Assembly (NCBI GenBank): GCA_004764695.1
Contig: SMSO01000014.1
Span: 491,648 to 555,647, forward strand
Direction of reading: 5' to 3'
Length of the DNA: 64,000 nt
Source: Schizochytrium sp. TIO01
Lineage: Eukaryota > Protista > Bigyra: Labyrinthulomycetes
In this document: positions 26,011-37,944 of the stretch, in pieces
Position numbering within the stretch: the stretch's first letter is position 1
Layout of the letters: the number at the start of each line of letters is the position of its first letter
Position numbers and translations under genes: made by a program
Notes under the pieces: model-generated
The model's input: the letters and a program-made list of their open reading frames with translations, nothing else
The model's database searches: none
What the model was told of the DNA's origin: nothing

Positions 26011-29000
26011 CCGCAACAATACCACTTAGGTCTGTGTCGTTTATCCTCCAGCAGGATGCTACAGGATGATAGCCAAATACAATCACGGAACCTTTTGTTT
26101 ATTAAAAAGAAAAGAAATAAAAAGAATCATACGTTGGCTGTGGTACTAGTAGATCGCTACTGCTAGCTTGCACGCGATCATTCGTGACGGTACGAGACGA
26201 AATACGAGAGAGGTTTGTTTAATGATCGGTGCAGAACATGGCTTTGGGGATAAAGTCCTGTTCACGAACATTCTGGTCTGAGCAAACTGCTGGGTTTACA
26301 AAGGCCTCTCACAGGCTTTGTTCAAGTTGCATTAACTTTTAAACAAACACATTCTTCGTTGTCTGAAAAAACATTGGGTTGGAACAACTGAAAGAAAACG
26401 AGGGAAACGAATATGAATTATGATTCTTCATTTGACAATTTGTAGTAGCCGGGTGAGGAACCAAAGCGAGGAAGCAATGAAGGCAGTTTTTAACCTTCCT
26501 TGAGCTTTCATAAAGGCGCGAAAGAATAAAATTTGTCACAATACCTTTCATTTGGTAACAATGAAGAAACGCATTTTTGTGTGAGAGCTTCAGAAAGAGC
26601 ACTTATGTGTACTGAAGATAGAGAGAGGGTGCACACTATTTGTTTTGAGGTGATGGTCTCACAAGTATAGAGGCTTCGCGTCACGAAGATGATTCATTTG
26701 TCTATCACAGTCGCTGTCAGTGGAACTGATGATGGCAGGCTATCAGAATGAAAAAAATTACGGACTATAGACGAAAATATTTTTAAATGACGTTGTATGG
26801 TAGTATCGCATTAGGTTGTGTAGTGGAGCTTACAGATGTAGTCCAGAACAGGGATGGCGAACTCAGAAGACAGTGAAGGAGGGGGATATTTTTATCATTG
26901 GGGTTTTGAATCTGTATAGAGGCAGTGTAAATGTGTGGTGCTGAGCAGCAGAGGTTACTTTATTTGAGGTTAGGTGTATATTACTTCAATAGGTCGGTAT
27001 GGTCGCTTTGTCTTCATATTTGATTGTAAACAATCAGTGTTAGCGAAATATTGACTCTACCTATCGATGGCCACATAAAGCATGTCGTAAAGTCAATATT
27101 TCGCTCACATTGATTGTATACAATCATGTGTTTACAAGCCCAAAACGTCAACCTCGTTATTAATAAGAGTTGCAATATCCAATCCTGCCTAGTTCTAGAA
27201 AAGAATATATCCGTTGTTACAGAGTGTCGTATTTTTGACATTCATGTAGATGACGTTAAGAATGTGGGTGTTAACAGCAAGACGGATATACCTAGATGTG
27301 TGGGTAAAAATGTATATCTAATGAGTATAAGATAGGTTGATACTTAATTCCATGGAGTAAAAACAATATTTGGGCTTTATATATAAGTCTGTTACTTACG
27401 ATATTCTAGTAAGTACTGTAAATATAATTTTCTAAATCTCTAGTCATCAATTGCAAATTGTCGTCGTACATAAGTTCTATACAGATACCTCGTCAGTACA
27501 CACGTACATTTTCCTCTACACGTATGTACAATCATTGACCTTGTTCTTCTTTTGAATTAACGTTTACTTGAACAGGTTGGGAGAGGTAGAATACCGGCGT
27601 CGTGTGACGTCTTGAGATTGCTACTCGGTCAATTCCGTCCAACAGATAGGACGACATGAGTGTCGCTTTGTATAATTCAAAATAACTACGTTTCTCGTTG
27701 TTCTGACGTCATGACTCACCCAATCCATCTCAGTTTTTAGATATACATATGCGATATTCAAGTAGAACGAGACTAAACAAAAGAAAACGAAGTTAAGTTT
27801 ATATAACTCCATCCGTCCAAATACCCACCCATTCATTCCTTCATTCCACTGATTTCAACTAATACACCCGAACTCTATTCATACCAATCTCCAATATCGC
27901 TTCGTCAGATGTATATACGAAGTAGCATCGATATGATCTTTATAATTTACGTTAATGTCTTTATTATTTTGATTAAGCGAATCATTAAATTCTGGACCAC
28001 TACCAGCATCAACCTACTAAAGCCTATATCAACCTACTGAAACCTATATCAATGTACATTTTTCAATGCACAGCTTTTCAGATTCGGTCAGACTTTGTAG
28101 CCTACGAACTCATCTATTCTACTCCAGTGCAATGACCAGGAATAGCGAGGAACAACGATTGATTGGCAATAACAGAAAAAATTAAATTAAAAAAGCAAAA
28201 AAAAAAAAGCAAATAAGCAACCAAACCAACGACCCACCACAGAAAGCAACTAAAAAAGCAACCAAAAAGCAACCAAAAAACCAATCAGAGTTAGGCAAAC
28301 CAGCCAATTCGGGATCGGTCAAACAGCCTGACAGAAGCCTCACCGCGTGGCTGGTTGTTATAACTAGAGGTGGTTGGTTAGTCAGACTGGGTCGGTCTGC
28401 CATTGTGCATTAAAAGGCATGTGACTTTGTGCTCATTTTTACTGTCACATTGCGGCACCCCCTTTAAACCCTGCTATTGTTGCTTCTCTACATTTATCAC
28501 CAATACCCTCTTCTTCTTCTATGTCATGTAGGTGTAGGTTTTCAAAGAACAATAAGAAGAAGGCAATAGCTCCATCAGTTGCATCGCACTGCAAAAGTCG
28601 AATGGCACTCTACGTACTTCCTTTCAATCTTTTTTGTTCGCCAGAATGCAAGCCCAAATCGAATGTGTCATCCTCTGGGTATTTCAAAGTATAAATCTAC
28701 CGTCTCAATTCATAATTAATACATAGGTATACCTACTCATATACCGTCGCTTCAATTCACTTCATTTCGCTATCACAAAAAAATCGATTTAAGTCGTCAC
28801 TCCTCCAGTGTTTCACCTTGTCCACTATAATCACAGCTTGTCAGCAATGGAGCCTTGTTATATAAATGTTTACAATATAATATTATGAATGTTGACAATA
28901 GCTTATTCTATATAGTCTTATGGTTTTGGCTAATAACAAGGTGTATATCTTCTTAGTCAAAACCTCTAGGAGTTGTCATAGGACACGTTATAGCTATCAG

Positions 29001-30200
29001 TATTGTTTTCTTAGTGGAAACCTCCAGGGGAGACTAAGACTGAGAACAGCTCCGAGTAGCTCTGTTTGCTTCTTCTTCGACTAGGCAGCAGAGGGAGGAG
29101 CCTTTTAAAATGAACGTTCTGTCGATGTTTAGAACCTTCATTCAACTTTGAGGCGCCACACTAAAGCTATCATATAAAAGTTATAGCATTATTGGCATCA
29201 TTGTTGGCAAATAAGTACATTCATTCTTACATAACATGTTTTAAAATGAAGTTATAAATGTTTGTTAAAGAAAGAAGAGAAAACGGAAAAGAATGGAAAG
29301 TTACATCTCTCTATGTATTTTAGTGATCAATTATTTTTTATCTAAATAGTTCTCCAACAATGAGTTTGTTCAGATTAGTGTATTCGGCCTTATGAGCGAT
29401 CTTTGAGGCGATGAAATTGCTCTTGATAGTTTCTACTTGATATACAGGTACTCTTTAGCTTACAATAGGTGCTGTTTCGTTAGTAAATATGACCGATTCA
29501 CTTTTAGCACTAAAAGTTTTCATCAATATGAAGCTCTTCCAATTTGCCAAGTTTATTTGCTGTAACTCCCCAAAATAGACTTTGACTTGTTCGAGTTCTC
29601 ATACGTCCAAACAAACTTCGCTGGGCGACGCATAGCGGAGGCGTAGTGAACGAACCTCCGAACCTCCGTCGCAAGCAACCTTCAAACAAACTTCTCGATT
29701 TTCCTGAGCCCCTTCTCTTAAACCGCACTTTCTTCTTCAGAGAGTTAGTTCTACTTCTCTCGAATGTTCTCTTACCAGGCCGGCTTTCGCCGAGGGAAAA
29801 AACCGACGAGGCATCAGATAGGTCCAGCAAACCCAGAACGAAGCCTCGTCGTCCAAACCTTCAAGTACAAGGACGATGATTCTCTCAAACAAGCTGCACT
29901 TCATATACAGATCAACAGACAGGTAGTCTCCACCCTCGCATCAACGCACTCTACAAAAGGAAGGGATGGGGGTGGGTTGTTTACTTATTAAAGATGGATG
30001 GATGGATAGATGGATGGAGAGGAGGCCTTTTCAGCCGAATCGGAGTGCTCTTGCTGCTAGGTTACAGAGGTGCGGCTTCAGCGGACCACAGGCGCGCAAT
30101 GCATGCGGCGAACGGCTGAGTCTGCAAAACTCATACCTCCTGAGCCTAGGTAGCGGCTTTCCAAGGTCAAAGGGCGACGGTCTGGGTTGAAACGTGGCTT

Positions 30201-31337
30201 CTATCGTTGCCACTGGCGCTGCTGCGAGCGTGATTGAGCGCCTGGTGGAAAGCGGCTATAGCTCCTTTTTATAGGCGCATCATCAATGCTGCTGAGACCC
30301 CTGCTTGGCTTGGAGAAAACCAGGATTTCCTGAGCTTGCTTCGTATCAACAGACCCGTCCTTGTAGATAACGTTCACCACCAGCTGGACTTTTGTTGTTC
30401 CTGCATCGCCCTGGAGCAACGCATAGTTCTTTCGTTGCAGCGTGAGGTCGATGAAAACTTCTCGGGTACTCGAATCTTCAGGCGATTGTACCTCGTGGAA
30501 CTGACTCTTCTTCTCGCTGAAGACGCGGTGTTGCTCTTCCTGCATAGGGATCTGAGGGGCAGAGCCAGAGCCAGCAATCCAAACGATGATGTCATGGAGT
30601 ATACCATCCTTGACTATGCGATGGTTGTGGGGGCTGTTAGGTTTCTGCACACCTGTGCTGAGGCGGGCTGAACCACTGGCATAGATCTCGATTTTATCGA
30701 GTCCACCTCCACGCGAGGGTTCAACTTCAACGCGCATCAAGGCCCTGCGCAGTTCGCAGCGCAGGGTGTAGTAAAAGGGTGCTTCATATGGTTGGATGCG
30801 GGCCTGACTCGTCCCATTCTCGGGGGAAGTACGCATGGCATCGTGATGTACAGACACATTCTCCAATTGGGAGCTGCCAGAGAGGAGCTCTCCATCCTCT
30901 TCACGGGGGTATTCTGTTGCAAGCTCATCGGCGGCGTCTCCCAGTTCGGGGTCGAAAGAGACTTCTGAAAGTACAAGCTCAAGATCTGGGAATAGAACCA
31001 CATTAGAATTGCTTTGGTGGACTTCCTTGTTCAAGTCTGACAGCGATTCCATGCTGTTCGAGCGTGTGCGGGCCGACTTCCAAGCTGAAGGGTGTTCATC
31101 GTTAGGGGAGCTGCAGGTACGTTTGGCAGCTCTAGTAGATGTCGGAGCAGCATTGGGGGGAAAAGGGACTTCTTGAAAAGGAGGCTGGTCAGGTAACAGG
31201 TTATTATCATCCATGTCGTCAAAGCACTGCAGGTCAAGCTTCTCATCCATGTCGTCAAAGCACTGCAGGTCAAGCTTCTCGTTATCGTAGTCGCTATCAG
31301 GAGGGTTGCTGTCGATGTCTTGTTCATTCGTCGGCAT
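30201..31337 (-). CDS. Putative transcription factor, paralogue 1: acidic disordered N-terminus plus novel C-terminal beta-rich domain ending ILVFSKP
   Basis: Intact 378-aa ORF whose C-terminal ~185 aa align almost without gaps to 42250..44139. It has a basic KRTCS/KSARTRS patch, a 36-bp tandem duplication (EKLDLQCFDDMD x2) and a 5'UTR intron at 31377..31579. The TF function is inferred. Confidence 0.65.
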   Translation of the reverse strand: MPTNEQDIDSNPPDSDYDNEKLDLQCFDDMDEKLDLQCFDDMDDNNLLPDQPPFQEVPFPPNAAPTSTRAAKRTCSSPNDEHPSAWKSARTRSNSMESLSDLNKEVHQSNSNVVLFPDLELVLSEVSFDPELGDAADELATEYPREEDGELLSGSSQLENVSVHHDAMRTSPENGTSQARIQPYEAPFYYTLRCELRRALMRVEVEPSRGGGLDKIEIYASGSARLSTGVQKPNSPHNHRIVKDGILHDIIVWIAGSGSAPQIPMQEEQHRVFSEKKSQFHEVQSPEDSSTREVFIDLTLQRKNYALLQGDAGTTKVQLVVNVIYKDGSVDTKQAQEILVFSKPSRGLSSIDDAPIKRSYSRFPPGAQSRSQQRQWQR

Positions 31338-31719
31338 AGTCGCAGCAGTTTTGGGCTTGGATATCTTCGCGCCTTACTATAGAAGCTACTAGTACGGCGG
31401 CGGTTTGCCGTTGTATTAGTACAAACTGGGCTGCAGTGCTTTGGTTGCTTGAGTTTGGAGTTTGAGGTTTGGCATCTGCTGCACTCGGCCATAGTTGCAA
31501 GGATTCTGCTGTGGCAAAGCTTTACTCAGTGTGCAGTGTTGCAGAGAGCAGAGAGGAGAGCGACCGCGACTTGGCGTACAGAGCATTAGGGGTTTGTGGC
31601 CTCAAAGTTCCTGCTGCCCTCTCTTTTGAAGGTGAAAAGTGATTCACGATTAATGTTTACATAGCTTCTGTTAGTCTATCTACTGCTTTAAGTGCTCATA
31701 AGCTGACAGAAAGAAACTT

Positions 31720-33250
31720 CGCGGAAGCGTTGAGCGCTTGAGAGCGCGTCTGAAGGTAGCGATGTAGACGACTACGCAAGCGCAGAGAGGCGTCTGTTCC
31801 TGGAGCTTAGGCATCTGTTCCTGGAGCTTTCCTTCGCCGGACGCTAGAAGGATGCTCTGTTGGTCTGTTTGTCCGAGCTTACTTACTGTTTAACCACTCT
31901 CAAAAATTTCTTCTTTTCTTCGGCTAGAAAGATAAGAGGCGGATCCGTCTGTGGCTTGGAGAGTTAATGCGCGAAAGCGGCCGCGACGTGGGTCTGAAGT
32001 GGAAGTGGCTGCATTCCGCAAAGCTGCGGGGCATCGTGCCAAGTCGACACTTGCGCGGGGCGATCTGAATCGATCTGAGTCGGTCTGGGCGGCCTGTTTG
32101 TTTGTCTCTGCAAGCGAAAAAAGAGGTCGGCAGCTAGTGGCTAATTTCTTTTATTTATTTCTTTAATATTCGATTGGTAGAAGTAGCACACTTTGGCCGA
32201 GGCTGTAGCAGAAGTGAGTGGGTGGAGAAATAAGCACGGCCTCGTGCCCTCTCGGAGAAACTTTGAATGCTTCAAATTTGGAAAAGAAGGGTTACAACAG
32301 AAAATTGAATGACTAAAAAAAAAGAAAAAGAGAAGAATCTCTTGGTAATCTATTTAAAAATTAAAAGGGCTTTAAAAGATTAAAAATAGAAAGAAGAAGG
32401 AAAGAAAGAAAGGAAGATAAACATGTGTTGTAACGTAAACATCTCTGTGCAGAATATAAATAAGGTGATTATGGAGAAAAGCGCGGAAGAGTTGAGCACT
32501 TTAGAGCGTGTGAAGGTAGCGATGTAGACGACTACGCAAGCGCAAAGAGGCGCCCGCGCCGGTTGGTGTCTGTTCCTGGAGCTTTCCTTCAGCGCCGCCG
32601 GACGCTAGAAGGATGCTCTGTTGGTCTGTTTGTCCGAGCTCACTTACTGTTTAGCTAAGGACCTGCTGTCAGGTTTCTTCTTTTCTTCTGGAAATCCTAA
32701 TTCTTTTCTTCTAGAAAGATAAGAGGTGGATCCGTCTGTGGCTTTGAGAGTTCATTCGCTTGGAGAGCCGATGTGGATCTTAAGTGGCTGCGTCACGCGA
32801 ATCGCGCCAAGTCGACACTTGGCGAGGCGACCTGAGTCGATCAGAGTCAGTCTGGGAGGCCTGTTTGTTGGTTGGTCTGTGCTGCGGCAGCTATTTTTTT
32901 TTTTTTTTTAAATGTTTTCTCCTTTTTTGAAGTGTTTGATTGCTTGACACTCTTGGCCATTAAAATAAAAGCCGCCTTAGTCCTATTTTTCTCTATTGCC
33001 ATTTCTGTATCTCGCTTCTTCTTTTTCTTTTGCATTTATAAATCACCAAGAAATTCTTCTCTTCATTTAAAATTCGATTGATTAATTTGTGTTTTTACCC
33101 TTCTTCTCCAAAGTTTCCCCGAGAGGATCGTGTCACGAGACCCTGCTTCTTTCTCTGGCCAAGAGCGTTATTTGTTAAGAAGGAGAAAAGAAAGGAAGAT
33201 AAACATGTGTTCTAGCGGACTCTGTGCAAAATATAAAAATAAGTCGGTTT
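31720..33250. repeat. Tandem duplication of a ~750-bp upstream non-coding block (copies ~31720-32470 and ~32475-33250; third diverged copy ~39990-40760)
   Basis: gaaggtagcgatgtagacgactacgcaagcgca and cggacgctagaaggatgctctgttggtctgtttgtccgagct each occur twice; ggaagataaac.tgtgtt occurs three times. Confidence 0.85.
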
Positions 33251-33494
33251 GACTCCTAAATGAAAAGGCTTCTGATCACTTCGACCTCTAAAAAGCTCGC
33301 TCATCTCTCAAATACTATTGATTTTTGTTTGTTTGTTGAAATTATTAAAAGTTTTAAAGAAGATTCTTCTGTAAGAGTTGAAAGACAGAGGAGTCTGTTC
33401 ATTCACACAACCATTGAGAAAGAAGCTTTTCTGCTGGCGAGGATGAACACAGTATCTATGTGCCTTGAGCAGCTTAGTCAATGTTGGCTCAGAG

Positions 33495-34169
33495 CTATCT
33501 GATAACGCTGACAGCCGAGTCGCTGTCAATTTCTCCAGGGCAGTCGAGTAGGCCGCTTCCAGAGATGCTTCGACGAATGAGGTCACCAAGGTCGTCGTAG
33601 GAGTCGGATGCGTTGACGAGCAGGCGCCCGTCTTGCTCCGTGGCGGGGTAATAGCCAGTATGCAGACCTTCGTGCGTGGTACACACCTCCACAATGGGGT
33701 GCGAGACCACACTGTCACAGCATGTTCGCGCTCGCTTTGGAGCACTCTCGTAGCGATGGTCTTCACGAACAGAAGAAGGAGAAGAAGAAGAAGAAGAAGT
33801 GGAGGCTTCAACAGAAGCACGGCGATGCTCGTCTCCGTGGAGGTGGTGGCGAGAAGCGTGGGCACCCAGAAAAGCTGAGGTTGAGGAGGAGGAAGGTTCA
33901 TCGGAATCGAAGAAGACTGAGTCGAAAGAAAGGGTCCTCTGACGTTTTATCGATTCCAATTTTTCAAGGTTGGAAGGCGAAAGACAAGACAACTCGGCCG
34001 GGTAGCTGGTGGCAGCGCTGTCGGCGTCGATGATGCCGGAGTAGGCGTCGCCAATGCTGGAGGAAGAGGAGGAGTCTGGAGAAAGGGGGACAGGAATGGC
34101 CTCGAAATGTGCAGACAGAGCTCCCTCAAAAACAGATTGAATCATCTCGTTGACCGCGGCATCGTCCAT
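33495..34169 (-). CDS. Acidic Ser-rich disordered protein (partner gene) with KRQRTLS/KRART motifs; 5'UTR intron 34218..34340
   Basis: 224-aa ORF from ATG 34169 with GC-rich coding-like composition. A GTAAGG...ACTAAT...TATAG intron lies upstream, and a degenerate copy sits at about 40900-41150. Confidence 0.6.
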   Translation of the reverse strand: MDDAAVNEMIQSVFEGALSAHFEAIPVPLSPDSSSSSSIGDAYSGIIDADSAATSYPAELSCLSPSNLEKLESIKRQRTLSFDSVFFDSDEPSSSSTSAFLGAHASRHHLHGDEHRRASVEASTSSSSSSPSSVREDHRYESAPKRARTCCDSVVSHPIVEVCTTHEGLHTGYYPATEQDGRLLVNASDSYDDLGDLIRRSISGSGLLDCPGEIDSDSAVSVIR

Positions 34170-34831
34170 TGGCACACACAGTCGAGGCTGCTTATTGTTG
34201 CTGCTGCTGATGGTGTACTATAATTGGTTTATCGCAAGAGACGATTGGAATTGTTGTTGATGTTGCTTGTCATACGACATTAGTTATGGACTGAGCTTGC
34301 TCGCTTTTGTGAACTGAGTTTCTACATTTGTTCTCCTTACCTTGACAAGAAAGAACCTTAGTTTGGGTTTTGCTTGCTTGCTTGCTCGGCACTCGGATTT
34401 AGTATTTGGTCAGAGCAATAAGTATACCGCTGATTTCCGATGCACGTGGGATCTTAAAGGCGAGCAAACATTGGCGAACATGGCTTTCTATATCTTTTGG
34501 ATACTCTAGCTAGAGATCATTATAATATCTATATTAGTTTTGGTTTTTAATTTAAACTAAATGAAAGGGTTTTATTTTCATTCAACATGCAAAGTGAAAA
34601 CAACAAACTACAAGCAGTCCTATGCATCGGAGAAACCATGACAGCGTTTTGCCGACTTAACTTTTTGTTTTATAAACAAAACAAAAGAAAACAAAAAGAA
34701 AGGAAAAGAGATTTCATTTTACAGTTATTATACATCTAATTATTTATTTGTGATTCAGTGGCAGAGCTTTGGCAGAGGTTCCGGTTTCCGCAACCCAACC
34801 TATCTTCAAATCTGCGGAATGTTCCTCACTC

Positions 34832-35430
<599 letters not shown>

Positions 35431-37944
35431 GGCTTTGCTATTAAGGGGCCATCCATCCAAATGCCACGAAGGAGAATACTAAATTGACAAGGGCATTCTT
35501 GGAGTCAATGACGCCAAAAGAAAATGGGTAACTCTACTCGCTAGGGGGTTATATTCTATGGAAATTCTAGGGCGCAGCCCCAGAATTGTGAAGCGTGCAA
35601 AAAGAATAGGCCCTCTAAATTGCTCCCGAAATGCGAGGTTAGATACAGTGTTTTTTGTTTTGTTAAATTGGTATTTTCTATTTTGTTAAAAAAAATATAA
35701 TAAGGAATCAAAGAATATTATATTGAATTGTAATCCTCTTCTTCACCATCTTCGCTCTGGTTGGTCTCTTTATTAATAAAACTCAGGCTGGTGCTTCGAA
35801 TAGAATAGTTTGGTTTATCCTCACGCTGTTCATCTTCATCACCAATGAAACAAGTGTCATCTATTCAATCCTGGGAGCTTGTATTCACTTGCCTTTGAAC
35901 TTTTGGAGCTTCCTCTTCCTTTATGGGTGGTGGGGTTGATCTGCTTGTTCTGTGTAGGCATCTTTTCCATAAAGTGAGCTCGCAGAGCATTGTGCACGAT
36001 GTCACCTATGCGAGTGAAATCTTTATCTAAGCCCTTCTTATTAGGGAGCCAACGGGAAATTCAAGCAATATGTTTATCGAATAAGTCGATACAGTGTTAT
36101 GGGGGAAAGTAGAGTTTTCTCTCTCTCTTTAAATTTTGCCTCAGAATGGCATTTACCCAGAACAAATTAAACCATAGCTAAGCTAGTCGTTTTCGAGAGA
36201 CACACTTGGAAAAACTTCGATCGACAGTCTTTTCCAGCATGATAAAGATGTTGTATTGCCCATGTCATAACAAGCTCTGTATATAGCTTACTCTTATGAG
36301 AATCAGACATCAACCCAGGATCATGATTTTCCTTGACAGGTAAGGTAAGGTAATATGCAGGTGTATATTATATTTGAGCCTTAAGAACCCCAAGGAATTA
36401 CAATAATGGAATGTTATTCTTTGAAGCGCCCATTTCAGGTCAATGTATCTTTGGCAATAAACTGGATATAGGAATACCATTCGCGTCTCGCATAGTCCCT
36501 GACCTAGGGAGTCAAAATCTTTTTGGCCTAGAGGGATATTACAAATTATTGGAGTATGTATGTGTGAGGACTTTTTGCAAAGGAGCTTGTCAGGTGTAGC
36601 TATCTCATCAGCCTGGTGCTTCCGTTTTGGATTTCTATCTGAGAATTTAAAGTATTCGAAGAATAGCTCTCAGCCGTAGCACTGCCTCAGTTACCTACTG
36701 CAATTAGAACGAAAACTCGCTGACAAAAACTTAGCTGATTATAAAAAGTCTCTTTCCTACAGAACGGGCCACAAAGGTCGCCCAGTCAACCTTGAAGTAC
36801 AAGCATTGATATGGGTGCAAAGTCCGCTGCCGGTTGTACGGCATTGATTGGTATGTGAATTACAAAAATATAATACTTCTAAAAGATACGAGCACGGAAA
36901 TGTAGCGTGATTCAAATGATCGTAGTAGACGGCAATTGACAGCGAAAGTTGACAGCGAAAGAGGAAAAGCACAGTTTGCAAGCAGCGCATTCTTCAAGAA
37001 CAAAGTCTAGCTACCTAGAGGGTTTTGCTGTTGAAATCAGAGAGATTGCTAATGGAAGTAAAGAGTTTTACTCTAATCCGTGCAATTTTTATAGGTCCCT
37101 GAAAGTCACCTAAATCGCAGGTGGGGGTGGACAACCCATTTCGAGAGTCGTACCCCTCGAACTTCAAAGTTACCCCATTTGGGGATTCTCTGACGGCTCA
37201 TTGAAATCTTGAAATTGTATTAGAAGATATGTATATGTAGTTCTTCTTCATACTTACTATTGTTTTAGTTATACCCTTCTATCTCGTGGTATCCTAAAGT
37301 TAATGTTCTGTTCTGTTGAATATTTATTCTTATGAAAAGAACGCAAGTAATCTTGTATTGTAGATAAGTTTATTTAGTTCTACTTTACATCTATTAGTAT
37401 TTAGCTATATACATCTAGCTCATATTAGCTCGCAAGTAGACTTGACTTGTTCGAGTTCCCCTACGCAAAAACAAACTTCACCAAGATGGATGAGTGAGGT
37501 GATGCTTAGTAGAGGCGTGGTGAACGAACCTTCTGTCGCACGCAAACTTCAAACCAACTTCTCAAATTCTCCGCACCCCACCTTCGAACTACACTTTCTT
37601 AGGCAGCGAATCAGGTTCTACTTCTCTAGATTGTTCGCTCGCCAGATTGGCTTTCACTATGGGAAAAAAGCGACAAGGCGTCCAAAAGGTCGAGTAAACC
37701 CAGAGCCAAACCCTCAAGTACAAGGACGATGATTCTCTCAAACAAACAAGCTGCACTTCATATACAGATCAACAGGCAGGTAGTCTCCACCCTCGCATCA
37801 ACGCACTCTACAAAAGGAAGGGGTGGGGGTGGGTTGTTTATTTGTTAAAGATGGATGGATGGATGGATAGATAGATGGAGGAAGAGGCTCTTTCGTCCGA
37901 ATCGGAATGCTTGCAAGGTCAAAGGGCGACGGTCTGGGTTGAAG

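Larger units (their letters stand above)
29575..34350. repeat. Segmental duplication unit A (downstream block + TF-like gene + promoter block + partner gene)
   Basis: Collinear similarity to 37435..41160, e.g. caagtacaaggacgatgattctctcaaacaa...ctctacaaaaggaaggg at both 29862 and 37715. Confidence 0.85.

Noticed and set aside
26100-29500. Short ORFs and small tandem repeats in an AT-rich spacer
   Set aside because: No recognisable domains, terminal repeats or RNA gene signatures.
31031-31492. Overlapping upstream ORF (MAECSRCQ...) ahead of paralogue 1, with a counterpart ATG near 39741
   Set aside because: The ATG lies inside a predicted 5'UTR intron (31377..31579; 39612..39826 in paralogue 2).
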